Below, one piece after another: positions 1-9,873 of a stretch of DNA of 64,000 nt (position 1 is the stretch's first letter; each line of letters opens with the position of its first letter). The stretch covers positions 837,062-901,061 of the forward strand of contig CP066698.1 of the NCBI GenBank assembly GCA_016432645.1, written 5' to 3'. This DNA is from Candidatus Falkowbacteria bacterium. GTDB lineage: Bacteria; Patescibacteriota; Patescibacteriia; Patescibacteriales; UBA12465. The notes beneath the pieces are model-generated. The model was not told the origin of the DNA, searched no databases, and saw only the letters and a program-made list of their open reading frames with translations. A program made the translations under genes and the position numbers.

Positions 1-2
1 CG

Positions 3-419
3 AGCAGTCAGAATAATATCAAGCTCACCGAAGCCATAGAAATTACTTTCAATAATTTAATGATGTCCAGTACCTTGAGATCAGGTGGCGAAATCGTTGA
101 TAGCGGCACTAGCCCGGTTTTGCATAAATTTATAAATTTAAAAAGTTCAGAACCAACACCGCTGGGATTTTGGTTAGATAATTCCGACATTGATTCCTTA
201 CCTTTAGATGGAATAGCGGATATTACGGTGGCGAAAATTAAACACTCTCCCTTTTTAGAATCAGTAACTTATGATTCTCAAATTGGTTCGGGGGTTAAAG
301 ATATTTTTCAAAATTGCTTTAAACCGAGTTCCGGCCCCAACTGTGAAGCGACTCCAGAAAGCCCTTCCTGCTGTTTTGGGGTGGCTACTAGTTCATTAGT
401 TAACGGCAATTGTCAATAA
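3..419 (+). CDS. C-terminal fragment of a surface/secreted protein whose 5' end lies upstream of the window
   Basis: The frame is open from base 3, with no stop before the track's Met at 60, so the window edge truncates the ORF. The tail CEATPESPSCCFGVATSSLVNGNCQ resembles the Cys-rich modules of the next two genes, and the strand and spacing match them. Confidence 0.5.
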   Translation, partial: SSQNNIKLTEAIEITFNNLMMSSTLRSGGEIVDSGTSPVLHKFINLKSSEPTPLGFWLDNSDIDSLPLDGIADITVAKIKHSPFLESVTYDSQIGSGVKDIFQNCFKPSSGPNCEATPESPSCCFGVATSSLVNGNCQ

Positions 420-452
420 TTGCCATTTTTTGTTATCTAAAAACATAAATTT

Positions 453-3400
453 GTGAAAACAAAATTCAATAAAAAGCTGTTTTTATTAATAGTGCTAGTC
501 GTTGGCCTTTTTGCTTGGCGTTTAGTATTCGCCCAAGACTTCGGCACTGAAGCAGTAAATAATGGTTTAAACGGCGCTTTGGCTGGGGGTGATCCGCGTG
601 AAATGGTCGGGCGTATTATTAATATTGCGCTCGGTTTTTTAGGGGTAATCGCTTTGGGATTAATAATCTATGCCGGCTTTTTATGGATGACTTCTAATGG
701 TGAAGAAGATAAAATAAGTCAGGCTAAAAAAATCTTAGTCAGCGCCAGCATCGGCTTGGCGGTTATTTTAGCCTCTTGGGCCATTGCCACCTTCGTTATT
801 AATAAGTTAAGCGGGGCAATTAGCGGTAATGGCGGTAATACCATATGTACTAATGGACAAAGTTCTTCTTGCGGTTGCGGCGGCTCCATGGTTTGCGTTA
901 ACGGTTCTTGGGGCGGTTGCGTCGGTTCCGACTGCAGCATTAATCCTTCTCAAACTAGTTGTGATGCTAGTCCTAATCCTGGCTGTCAAATAGAAAATAA
1001 CATGTGCGCTCCTTCTGATTATTGCGACAGCAATTGTGCTTGTCAGCCCAAAGCCGGAGCCGGTGAATCGTGTGATGCTGATGTCAGCAACGCCACTTGC
1101 GACGCCGACAATAACATGTGTGCCCAGTATTTATCTTGCGATGCCAATACTTGCACCTGTTTTGGGCCGCCGGTAATTACTGATGTCAGTCCTTTAGGCG
1201 GATTTTGTAATGAAAATAATAATAAAGCCTGCGCCACTGATTCGGATTGTGCCACCGGCTGTAATTTAGATACTCCTAATGGCACGGCCAATAATTTTCT
1301 CACTATTTCTGGAAAAAATTTCGGTGAGTATGCTGCCGGACAGAGTCAAGTTGTTTTTATGGGCAATTCCTTAAATGGACGGAATCCCTCAGAAATAAAT
1401 CCGGTTTGTGTTAATTTTTGGCAAGATGATCAAATAATTATTGCCGTTCCGGCCGGAGTTGCCAGCGGTTCTATAAAAGTAGTAGCTAAGGACGGCGCGG
1501 AAGATATTACTAATGATGATTATGGTCCTAAAATTCCTGACTTTGTTGCTAATAGCATTTCTCGTCCCGGTTTATGTCTAATTAGCCCTAATAAAGGCGC
1601 TTTAAGTTCATCCGTCTCTTATCAAGGAATTAATCTTTATTCTGGACAAGCTTATTTTGGCAATTATCAGAATAATGTTCAGGGTTTAGATTCTAATTTT
1701 AGCCATCCGAGCGGCTTGTCGGGAACAGCGGCAACCCCGAATATCCGCTCTGGAGAATCCGGTAGTTTTGTGGTTAATAATATCAGTGGTAATCAAGAAC
1801 GCAGTAATTATTTGAAATTTGTTAAAGAAGCTGACCCTAATGATGGCCCTTTCATTATTTCTTTTTCGCCCACACAGGGAACAGCCGGACAATATGTGAC
1901 GATTACCGGTAGCGGTTTTGGCGGCGCCAGAGGAAACTCCCATGTTTATTTTGCCAGCGCGGAGGCTAATTATAGTTTTCCGCCAGTTTGTGCGAGCTCG
2001 GTTTGGGGAGATAAACAGGTAGTAGTTAAAGTACCAGACGGCTTAGCTAATGGCAGCTATCTGATTAGAATGGTTGTTAATGGTAAAACTATCGATAGCC
2101 AGCAATTAAATCCCAACGTTTTTAGAGTTGATAATTCTTTGTCTTTAAAGACTAGTATTTGTAAATTAGAACCCAAGCAGGGCGGAGTCTCTACTCCAGT
2201 CAAGGTTTATGGCGAATATTTAGGCCAAGTAAATCGCGATGCTTTGGTACAATTTAATCCGGCCAAGCAAGTTTATGGTGTTGTTGCTCAGGATAATGGC
2301 GCCGATATCGTACCGGTTAATGTTCCTGCCGAATCTATCACCGGGCCAGTTAAAGTAGTAAAAAATGGCGAATGGGGAAATGAACTGAATTTTGAAGTTA
2401 GTGCTTGTTCTTCTGATGCCGAATGTCCTGGCCAAGTTTGCTGTCCTGGTAATACTTATAAAAAAGGCACGTGTGCGGTTAACTTAGCCGCTTGTTTAAT
2501 TGATATTCCGACTTCTGTTTTTGAATGGAATTTTAATACCGGCTTCGTTGTTAATCCCAACGATCCTACCGAAAGTTGTTCTACTCTGGCTGATTATTAT
2601 GGCGCTTGCCAGGTTAATGCTACTTGTCCGAATGTCCCGGGAGCCTGTTCGCCGTATGCTGGAGGCACTAAAACCACGGTTGCTAATTGTGATTTTTCTT
2701 GTGCTTCAGTAACTGGCTGCGGTGTTTTTGGTGCTCCTTGTACTTATGACGCCACGCTTAATAAATGCGTTAAAGATGGCAGCGCCGGTGTTTGCAGCTT
2801 GCCAAAGAATCAAACTTTCCGAATTAATAATCAAGATATTTCCTTGTCCCTAACATGTAATGCCAGCGGCAAATGGGAGACCAAAACAAATACTTCTTGT
2901 CCTGATGGCTGGGTAAGGGGCTCTAATAATATTTGCGTAGACACATCTTCGTCTTGTGGAATTTGCGCTATTGGTTTAAGTTGCGCGCAATTAGGCTCCG
3001 GTGGCCGTTGCGTCTCCGATACAATTTGCCCGGCCGGCTCTGTTTGTGAAAACAATCCAGATATTTCTCAACCCGATTCCTGCGTTTCTGTTCGGGGAGC
3101 TAGCTGTGATTGTTGTTGTCGTATAGAAAATAGCGCTCAAGATTGTTGTGCGCCTTTAGAATGTAAAGGAACTTGTGGCCAGGACACAACTGATGACGGC
3201 GCCGGATTCGGCAGTTGTTCCGGTTGCGCCAACGTAGGAACAACTGTGGCTGAGCATGACGCTGCCTGTAATTGCGCCGGGCATGGTGGTCAGTATTGTA
3301 GTATTACCGCGCAAAATCCCGAAGGGATTTGTACCGATTGTAGTGGTTTGGTTGGCTTAAGTTCTTGTTCAGAACATAATGCCGCCTGCTGTTTTGACGC

Positions 3401-6164
3401 TAAACGTACTGCTTCTACTAGCGATGATTCTTGCCGTGGCGGTTCCGGAACAAGTATTTCTGCTAATCCCGCTGATCCAAGTTTTGGTTACTGCGGTTAT
3501 TATAATTGTTTTAGTACAACTACTCCGCCAATCGGCGACCCAGCTACCTGTGCTTCTTCCACTCCCGTAAAAATTGGTGCCTATAAAGACGCCCCGACCT
3601 GTGTTGATGGTTGCGCCGCTAACCCCGGACAAGATTTTTGTTCATTATTCAATGGCAAAAAAGATGAATGTACTTTAGCCGCTTCTTGTTGTTTCGATCA
3701 GGCGACCGCTACTTGTAAAAGTGGTTCGCAAATTCCGAGCGGAGTTAATTTAGGATATTGTGCGTATTATGATTGTCAAGATATTAATGGCGTTAGTACT
3801 TGCGATCAAACCCCTAGAACTTCCGGTAAATTTAATAATTTAAATACTTGTTCTACTCGTTGCGGGAATGCCGAAGGCGGTGTTGGCCAGGATTGTGTTT
3901 CTCCATTGGCGACGGCTACTTGTAATCTTGGACTTTGTAATTTTCCTGGACATTCTTGTTTAACTGAAGCGGGGGCTAATGCCACCAGCGCCTCTGATTG
4001 CGGCGCCTGTTGTTGTAACCCGGCTGATCCGACTGCTTGTCAAACAGCAGAAGCGCCTGATTTATATTGTCAGCCTGATAAGGGAAATTGTAGCGGCGCT
4101 AGCCGGGGATTATGTTGCGGATGCAAAAATGATGGTGAGTGCGGCAATGCAGCCACCGTCGGGTGCGGCATTGATACTTGCTGCGATTCTCGTCCGGAAG
4201 TGACCGGTTCAGTCCCGGCAACCGGAGCTACTAATGTTTGCCGTAACTCAGTTATTAAAGTTACCTTTAATAAACAAATGGACGTCGCTTCCTTTAGCGC
4301 CAATACGTTACTAATGGAAGAAATGAACTATGGCGGCGCGGTTTGTCCGAGCGGCACGTTTGCTTATGAGGGTGATGGTAATTTTGTGGCCGTTAATCAA
4401 AACTGGTTTACTAATGTTTTTGCTAAATTCAAATCGTATGTTAGCCAGCTTTTTGGCAACCAGGCCCTGGCTGATTTACCGGATCAAAATAAATTATATT
4501 GTTCTTTCCAGGGCAGCATCTCGGGCGAGTATTCTGGCGAGGAAACTGTTTTAAGTTTTACGCCTAATAAATTGTTAACGCCTGATGCTAAATATTTTTT
4601 GATTGTTAAGGGGGATGAAGATTTAAATAGTCAATCAGGCGTTATTAGTTTAAGCGGTATTGGCTTAAACGGCGAAGGTCTGGATGGAGTTGAGGGCGCC
4701 TCTTTGAGCTTCAATAATAAAAATTATAAAAATTCTTATATTGTTCAATTTAAAACCCTATCTGATAAGGGCGCTAATTCTGGGGTCTGTGCTATCAGTC
4801 AAGTTAAAATCGCCCCTGAATCTTATTTATTCAATACAACTGAAAATAGCTTAGATGAAAATGACGCTAATTTTCAGGATAAAACTTTCGATACTAAGCG
4901 CGATAAGGATAAAGTCTTTAAGGCCTTAGCTTATAGCGCTGACGGACAGATAATCCAGCCGATTACTGGTTATTTTTGGGATTGGAAATTTAATTTGAGC
5001 GATGCGAGCGTCGCCACTATGGCTAGCATTGGACCAGATAAAGTTTTAGTAGCTGCTCGTGATGGTGTTACCGAGGGAGAAACAAAGCTATCCGCGACGA
5101 TTGATATGGTTAGATTTTTGGACAATAATTCTTCTGTTAATCCGGGTTGTGCTTGCGCGGATGAGGTTTGCTCCAGTAATTGCCGCAACGCTTTTTCTGC
5201 TGGCGATAATTTGAGTGGCAATGCCAATTTGTATGTCTTTATTTGTGCCAATCCTTGGCCGCCGGTAAACACTAATGGAACTTGGTATCCTTGGAGCGAT
5301 AACTGTACCAATTCTATTGGTGGAGCTTGCAACAACTTTAATTATAAATTCTATTATTGCCGCGATGCTGGAGCTCCGGGAACAGTTGATGATTTGCCGG
5401 CAATTATGGATAAAGCGGTAATTAGAGGACAGAGCGCGACTTTAATTTGCAGTTCTGATAATTCTTCCTGCGCCGGCTTGAATTCTGCCTGCGGCGCTGA
5501 TCAGAATGGCGACGGACGCCTAGATGGCATCTGTATTTGGAATGTTTTGAAAGAGTCATATTTTTTCCGTGAAGCTGGGATTAATGAAGCGGCGATTGAG
5601 ACGGTAACGGACACCGGAACCGGAGGCGATGTTACTGTTACTTGGTGGTCTGCTAACGCCCAAGCGGTTTCCTATAAAGTTTATTATGGTGAAAGCGGCA
5701 AAGCGCTTACTAAGTTTCAAGAATTTAAGATTAGCGATTACTGCGTACCAGTGACTGAGGCTTATAGCTGTACGGCTCATATTTCTTCGCTGAAGAATGG
5801 ACAGTCGTACGATTTCCGTTTAACAGCAATTTCGGCCAATAGAGTTGAGAGTGCGATGAGCGAGGTCGTTAGTGCCAAACCAACCGATCAAGCACCGCCG
5901 CAAGCGCCAATCGGCCTTAATGTCGCTGATGCTGGATCCGTTATCAAGTTTACCTGGCAAACTAATAATGCCTTATTTTATCGTATTTATCGCGGAGTGA
6001 AGAGCAATCTTTACGGCGAATCATATGATTCCGCTAATAATGCCTCCTCTTTATCTTGGGACAAAGCCAAACTTAGCTCCGGTAATAATTATTTTGCAAT
6101 TTCTGCTTTGGACAGTAATGGTAATGAAAGCGCTAAATCAGCAGAGATAATATTTTTTAAATAA
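453..6164 (+). CDS. Giant (1903 aa) membrane-anchored cysteine-rich cell-surface protein with a VirB2/TrbC-like pilin N-terminus plus IPT/TIG, Big_5-like and FN3 modules
   Basis: Uninterrupted ORF with a GTG start. The N-terminus has a signal-like segment followed by two hydrophobic helices around a short polar loop (GVIALGLIIYAGFLWMTSNGEEDKISQAKKIL...LAVILASWAIATFVINKL). Three IPT/TIG-like modules follow (PPVITDVSPLGG..., PFIISFSPTQGTAGQYVTITGSGFG..., ICKLEPKQGGVSTPVKVYGEYLG...). Next come very long Cys-rich tracts and an SbsA/Big_5-like module (PEVTGSVPATGATNVCRNSVIKVTFNKQMD). Two C-terminal FN3-like modules close the protein (VTVTWWSANAQAVSYKVYYG..., PIGLNVADAGSVIKFTWQT..YRIYRG). Confidence 0.85.
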   Translation: MKTKFNKKLFLLIVLVVGLFAWRLVFAQDFGTEAVNNGLNGALAGGDPREMVGRIINIALGFLGVIALGLIIYAGFLWMTSNGEEDKISQAKKILVSASIGLAVILASWAIATFVINKLSGAISGNGGNTICTNGQSSSCGCGGSMVCVNGSWGGCVGSDCSINPSQTSCDASPNPGCQIENNMCAPSDYCDSNCACQPKAGAGESCDADVSNATCDADNNMCAQYLSCDANTCTCFGPPVITDVSPLGGFCNENNNKACATDSDCATGCNLDTPNGTANNFLTISGKNFGEYAAGQSQVVFMGNSLNGRNPSEINPVCVNFWQDDQIIIAVPAGVASGSIKVVAKDGAEDITNDDYGPKIPDFVANSISRPGLCLISPNKGALSSSVSYQGINLYSGQAYFGNYQNNVQGLDSNFSHPSGLSGTAATPNIRSGESGSFVVNNISGNQERSNYLKFVKEADPNDGPFIISFSPTQGTAGQYVTITGSGFGGARGNSHVYFASAEANYSFPPVCASSVWGDKQVVVKVPDGLANGSYLIRMVVNGKTIDSQQLNPNVFRVDNSLSLKTSICKLEPKQGGVSTPVKVYGEYLGQVNRDALVQFNPAKQVYGVVAQDNGADIVPVNVPAESITGPVKVVKNGEWGNELNFEVSACSSDAECPGQVCCPGNTYKKGTCAVNLAACLIDIPTSVFEWNFNTGFVVNPNDPTESCSTLADYYGACQVNATCPNVPGACSPYAGGTKTTVANCDFSCASVTGCGVFGAPCTYDATLNKCVKDGSAGVCSLPKNQTFRINNQDISLSLTCNASGKWETKTNTSCPDGWVRGSNNICVDTSSSCGICAIGLSCAQLGSGGRCVSDTICPAGSVCENNPDISQPDSCVSVRGASCDCCCRIENSAQDCCAPLECKGTCGQDTTDDGAGFGSCSGCANVGTTVAEHDAACNCAGHGGQYCSITAQNPEGICTDCSGLVGLSSCSEHNAACCFDAKRTASTSDDSCRGGSGTSISANPADPSFGYCGYYNCFSTTTPPIGDPATCASSTPVKIGAYKDAPTCVDGCAANPGQDFCSLFNGKKDECTLAASCCFDQATATCKSGSQIPSGVNLGYCAYYDCQDINGVSTCDQTPRTSGKFNNLNTCSTRCGNAEGGVGQDCVSPLATATCNLGLCNFPGHSCLTEAGANATSASDCGACCCNPADPTACQTAEAPDLYCQPDKGNCSGASRGLCCGCKNDGECGNAATVGCGIDTCCDSRPEVTGSVPATGATNVCRNSVIKVTFNKQMDVASFSANTLLMEEMNYGGAVCPSGTFAYEGDGNFVAVNQNWFTNVFAKFKSYVSQLFGNQALADLPDQNKLYCSFQGSISGEYSGEETVLSFTPNKLLTPDAKYFLIVKGDEDLNSQSGVISLSGIGLNGEGLDGVEGASLSFNNKNYKNSYIVQFKTLSDKGANSGVCAISQVKIAPESYLFNTTENSLDENDANFQDKTFDTKRDKDKVFKALAYSADGQIIQPITGYFWDWKFNLSDASVATMASIGPDKVLVAARDGVTEGETKLSATIDMVRFLDNNSSVNPGCACADEVCSSNCRNAFSAGDNLSGNANLYVFICANPWPPVNTNGTWYPWSDNCTNSIGGACNNFNYKFYYCRDAGAPGTVDDLPAIMDKAVIRGQSATLICSSDNSSCAGLNSACGADQNGDGRLDGICIWNVLKESYFFREAGINEAAIETVTDTGTGGDVTVTWWSANAQAVSYKVYYGESGKALTKFQEFKISDYCVPVTEAYSCTAHISSLKNGQSYDFRLTAISANRVESAMSEVVSAKPTDQAPPQAPIGLNVADAGSVIKFTWQTNNALFYRIYRGVKSNLYGESYDSANNASSLSWDKAKLSSGNNYFAISALDSNGNESAKSAEIIFFK

Positions 6165-6180
6165 TAAAAATTAGGAAGTC

Positions 6181-9100
6181 ATGCTAAATGATAAGACTAT
6201 GAAAAACAAGCAAGTGCTAAGAACGAGCAGCTTATTCTTTATGCTTGGGGTTGTTTTTATTTATCTTTTGGCAGGGGCGGTATTTAAAGTTTCTGCCCAA
6301 GAGCAAAATAATGATGCTATCGGCGTCAGAATTATTCCTAACCCGAATCATTATAGCGTCTATCGCTGGTATGCGGCTCAAGGGTTTTCCGGTTCGCCGC
6401 AATCATTGACTGTTGATGGCTATGAAGCTTTGCGTGATGGGCGCACCGTTTATGTTAATGCCGCTAATGTTGATACTTTTGCTAAGGTTGTTTACACCAA
6501 TATTTATTTAATTTCCTATAATCAAGATTATAATGCTAAAACCGTAGATATTTTGGGGCAGTTAATTTCTCATTGGAAATTTAATGATAATTTGCCTTCC
6601 GAAACTTCTACTTGTTCAATTTCGGCCCTGAAGTGTGAGCAAGATGCTGATTGTGCTTCCAATCAATTCTGCTCTAATAATGATACTTGTGCGCTTAAAG
6701 AGCCCAAAAATTGCGCGGTGGATGAAGATTGTCCGGCGAGTTTTTTCTGCGGCAGCCTAAAAGCTAAAATCATCCGTGATTTAAAAAGAATCGGCAAACT
6801 AGAAGAAATTAAAGAAGCTTTGGCTAACTATAAAAAAGTTAATGGTCGTTATCCGCTTCTGAGCGCCGGAACTTATTTGTCTGGGAAAAGTGTTTCTTTG
6901 TGGCCAAGCTGGAATGATATTTTAATTCCTACGCTCGCCATCAAGCAAGCGTTAATCGACCCGATTAATCGTTTAGGCGCTTGTCCGGGATTTAATTCCA
7001 AAACTTGCTGGGATGATAGTAATAAAAAATTTGTTTATAATCCGGCCGGCGCTTATTTAAAATTACCAAAAGATAGTTACGCCTTGGTTTACGGGACTAA
7101 CGAAACTGGCTCTGATTACAATTTATGCGCTGTGCTTGAGACCCATTCCGATCCCAACTATACTTTTTCTCCCAATGACCCTGCTGCCAGCGCCTGCGTA
7201 TCTGATACCGGCATTCTCGCTTCGGGAAATAGTTCTAATTCTGCTCCGGTGATTACTAGCTTAGCGTTGAAGGGCGTTTCTGGTAATGAGTATAATGGGT
7301 TTGTGCAGGCAGTTGATGCCGATGGTGATTCGCTTACTTGGAGTTTACAGCCATTAGCCAGCTCCTGGCCTAATTGGCAGGGAGCGCCGCCAATTATCAA
7401 GGATACTAGCGATGCCAATCAAAAGAAAATTTTTGCCACTCGCGCCGGCAACGCTGGCGTCTATCCAATCGGCATCACGGTTTCAGACAGTAATGGTACT
7501 TCAGTTTCCACAACCACGCGGATTGAAATTAGTTCCTTGTCTTCAGCTGCTCAAGCTGAAGATTATACTTACCATTTAGATCCGACGGTGCCTTTTAATT
7601 ATAATTTTTATGTTTCCGGCGGCAGCAGCGCTCCTTCATTTGCTCTTATCCGAGTAAGCGGCCCGAATATTTTATCAATGCCGGGAATAACTAGAACGGC
7701 CAGTGCCGATGGGCTTAATCGCCAAAAAATAAATTATCAAGGCATTATTTCCACTACCCAGAAATTTACTGGCGATGTTGAGAGCCACTATCGGATACAA
7801 ATTGATAATGGCGCTGGCAATCCCGTAACTGACGATTTTATTATTAAAATAATTGTTGATAAGCCGGTATTAGATTTTAATTGCGCCAATCAATCACGTA
7901 TTAATTATGCCTATAAATGCAGCTTAGGTTCAACGGTTCAAGGCAATCACACCCTGACTTACGCTGTCACTTCAGCAATGCCTGCCGGGCTTAATCTTTC
8001 TGCTTCCAGCAATAACCAAAATATGGTTTATTTGGAAGGGAATACTGTGGCTGCCAGAGTCGGTCAAGAAGTAAAAGTTCAAGCGATTAATGAATATGGA
8101 ACCGCTACAGAAAAAAGTTTTATTTTAAATGTTAATACTTATTGCGGCGACGGGGTAATTGAAAAGCCTAATACCGAAGGCCGTGGCGGCGTTAGAAATG
8201 ATGGTCAAGAGGCTTGCGATGGCAGCGGTAATATTGCAACTAGTGCAGCTACTAGTAATAAAGATTTCCAATACGCTTGCAATACCACCTCAATCGCCTC
8301 CACCCCCTATCCGATTACCGGCAATAATTATTGTATCTTCAAGTCGCCCTTAGATGGCGGTGGTTTCTGCGGCGACACCTATTGCCAAACTAAATATGAA
8401 AATATAACCAATTGTCCCTTTGATTGTGATCCTAATTATTTTGGTACTGACCCGACTTTAAACGAGGGCAAAGAAGTTCCCCTTGATTGCAACAACGGTT
8501 TGTATTGTGATAAGGGATATGAATGTACTAGCTCCGGCGTTTGCCAGAAAAAATGCTGGGCGATTACCGAGAAAGACGCGCGAGTCGTCTCGGTAGCCGA
8601 GGGTGATGCAGTTTTAGCCAATAAAAACTATCAGACTTGGGTGGATCCTCATAAGCAGCCATTGTTTAATTTTACCAGCGCGCAGTTAAATAATAATTAT
8701 GTTGATGGTACTAAAATTTGCAGTAATTCTAATGAAGGAGTAAAAATTCCTAATCCTTTAAGTGATTGTAGCATAATCAAACTAGATAACACCCGATGTA
8801 TTAGCAAATGGGCTTCTGATGCCTCTAATGCCATTAAAGACTCTGCCGCTAAGTTTACTTATTGTCCGGTTGGATTTCAAAATAAATTAACCCCTTCAAG
8901 TGCCCGTTATTCAGGTCAATGCAAACAAGTCTGGACTGACTTGGGCGGTTGGAGAACGCGGATTCAATGGACTTGTACCGGTGACTTGGCAGCTAATCGG
9001 TGTTATCAAGACGAATGTCGAACTGCTGGCAGTACAGTATTGGATGGTTTGATGAATGAGGTTGGGCTTTGTGTTAAAAAACCGATTGTTACTCCGCCAC

Positions 9101-9852
9101 CGGGAGATCCTTGTGACAGCGTTTATAACGACACCTGTCCCACGGGCCAGCATTGCGAAGGGGCTTATGGACATTGTGAATCTATGGAAAGCGGCCAGAC
9201 AGGAAATTACGGTGCTGAATGTGCGCAATATGACGAATATCGCTGCCCAGGGGCTAATGTTCCCGGAGGCTGTGATTGGGCTTTAGATCAGCAGGGAATT
9301 TGTGTTTCCAATGCTAATACCTGCACCCCATCTTGTCCGGCTAATTATTGCGGTACGGATGGTTGCGGCGGCACTTGTGCTTGTGCTAATACCACCGATT
9401 ATACTTGCACTAATAATCAATGTACTTTGATTCCAACTTGCCCTGCCGGCGTAATCAGCGGCTATTCTTATCCAAAAATTAAATATGGTTCAACCTACGA
9501 AGCTAAGACCAATGTTGCTTTCCGCCCGGAGGGAGGATATTACAGTACCAGTATATTTTGTAACAATAGCGGAGTAGCGATGATTACTGGGACTGCTGGT
9601 CCCTTTGCTAATCCTGGTTATCGTTGTACGGATGGCAATTGGTATTTGTCAACTTTTGGTTATTATACAGTTTGTTTGCCTAACTGCTCGGCCGGAACCG
9701 TTGATGATTATAATCACGGCGCTTTAGAAAGCGGCGGCCCGAATAGTACGCAAGCGGTTACTAAAATCATAGCCGGCGGCGCTAAAACTTGTACCGCCAC
9801 CGCTAACTGTATGGACGGTGCAGTGACAATTACTAATGAGTCTTGTAATTAA
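6181..9852 (+). CDS. Giant (1223 aa) secreted/anchored cysteine-rich surface protein with an embedded type IV pilin-like globular domain and cadherin-like Ig domains
   Basis: N-terminal hydrophobic signal/anchor (SSLFFMLGVVFIYLLAGAVFKVSAQ). An internal segment, IRDLKRIGKLEEIKEALANYKKVNGRYP, matches the motif that normally follows the N-terminal helix of type IV pilins and pseudopilins. A dystroglycan/cadherin-like module is present (APVITSLALKGVSGNEYNGFVQAVDADGDSLTWSL). YCGDGVIEKPNTEGRGG..DGQEACDG resembles the CGDG...ECDDG Cys-rich repeat. The C-terminal third is very Cys-rich. Confidence 0.85.
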   Translation: MLNDKTMKNKQVLRTSSLFFMLGVVFIYLLAGAVFKVSAQEQNNDAIGVRIIPNPNHYSVYRWYAAQGFSGSPQSLTVDGYEALRDGRTVYVNAANVDTFAKVVYTNIYLISYNQDYNAKTVDILGQLISHWKFNDNLPSETSTCSISALKCEQDADCASNQFCSNNDTCALKEPKNCAVDEDCPASFFCGSLKAKIIRDLKRIGKLEEIKEALANYKKVNGRYPLLSAGTYLSGKSVSLWPSWNDILIPTLAIKQALIDPINRLGACPGFNSKTCWDDSNKKFVYNPAGAYLKLPKDSYALVYGTNETGSDYNLCAVLETHSDPNYTFSPNDPAASACVSDTGILASGNSSNSAPVITSLALKGVSGNEYNGFVQAVDADGDSLTWSLQPLASSWPNWQGAPPIIKDTSDANQKKIFATRAGNAGVYPIGITVSDSNGTSVSTTTRIEISSLSSAAQAEDYTYHLDPTVPFNYNFYVSGGSSAPSFALIRVSGPNILSMPGITRTASADGLNRQKINYQGIISTTQKFTGDVESHYRIQIDNGAGNPVTDDFIIKIIVDKPVLDFNCANQSRINYAYKCSLGSTVQGNHTLTYAVTSAMPAGLNLSASSNNQNMVYLEGNTVAARVGQEVKVQAINEYGTATEKSFILNVNTYCGDGVIEKPNTEGRGGVRNDGQEACDGSGNIATSAATSNKDFQYACNTTSIASTPYPITGNNYCIFKSPLDGGGFCGDTYCQTKYENITNCPFDCDPNYFGTDPTLNEGKEVPLDCNNGLYCDKGYECTSSGVCQKKCWAITEKDARVVSVAEGDAVLANKNYQTWVDPHKQPLFNFTSAQLNNNYVDGTKICSNSNEGVKIPNPLSDCSIIKLDNTRCISKWASDASNAIKDSAAKFTYCPVGFQNKLTPSSARYSGQCKQVWTDLGGWRTRIQWTCTGDLAANRCYQDECRTAGSTVLDGLMNEVGLCVKKPIVTPPPGDPCDSVYNDTCPTGQHCEGAYGHCESMESGQTGNYGAECAQYDEYRCPGANVPGGCDWALDQQGICVSNANTCTPSCPANYCGTDGCGGTCACANTTDYTCTNNQCTLIPTCPAGVISGYSYPKIKYGSTYEAKTNVAFRPEGGYYSTSIFCNNSGVAMITGTAGPFANPGYRCTDGNWYLSTFGYYTVCLPNCSAGTVDDYNHGALESGGPNSTQAVTKIIAGGAKTCTATANCMDGAVTITNESCN

Positions 9853-9873
9853 AGATGGTCGTAGTTAAAAAAT

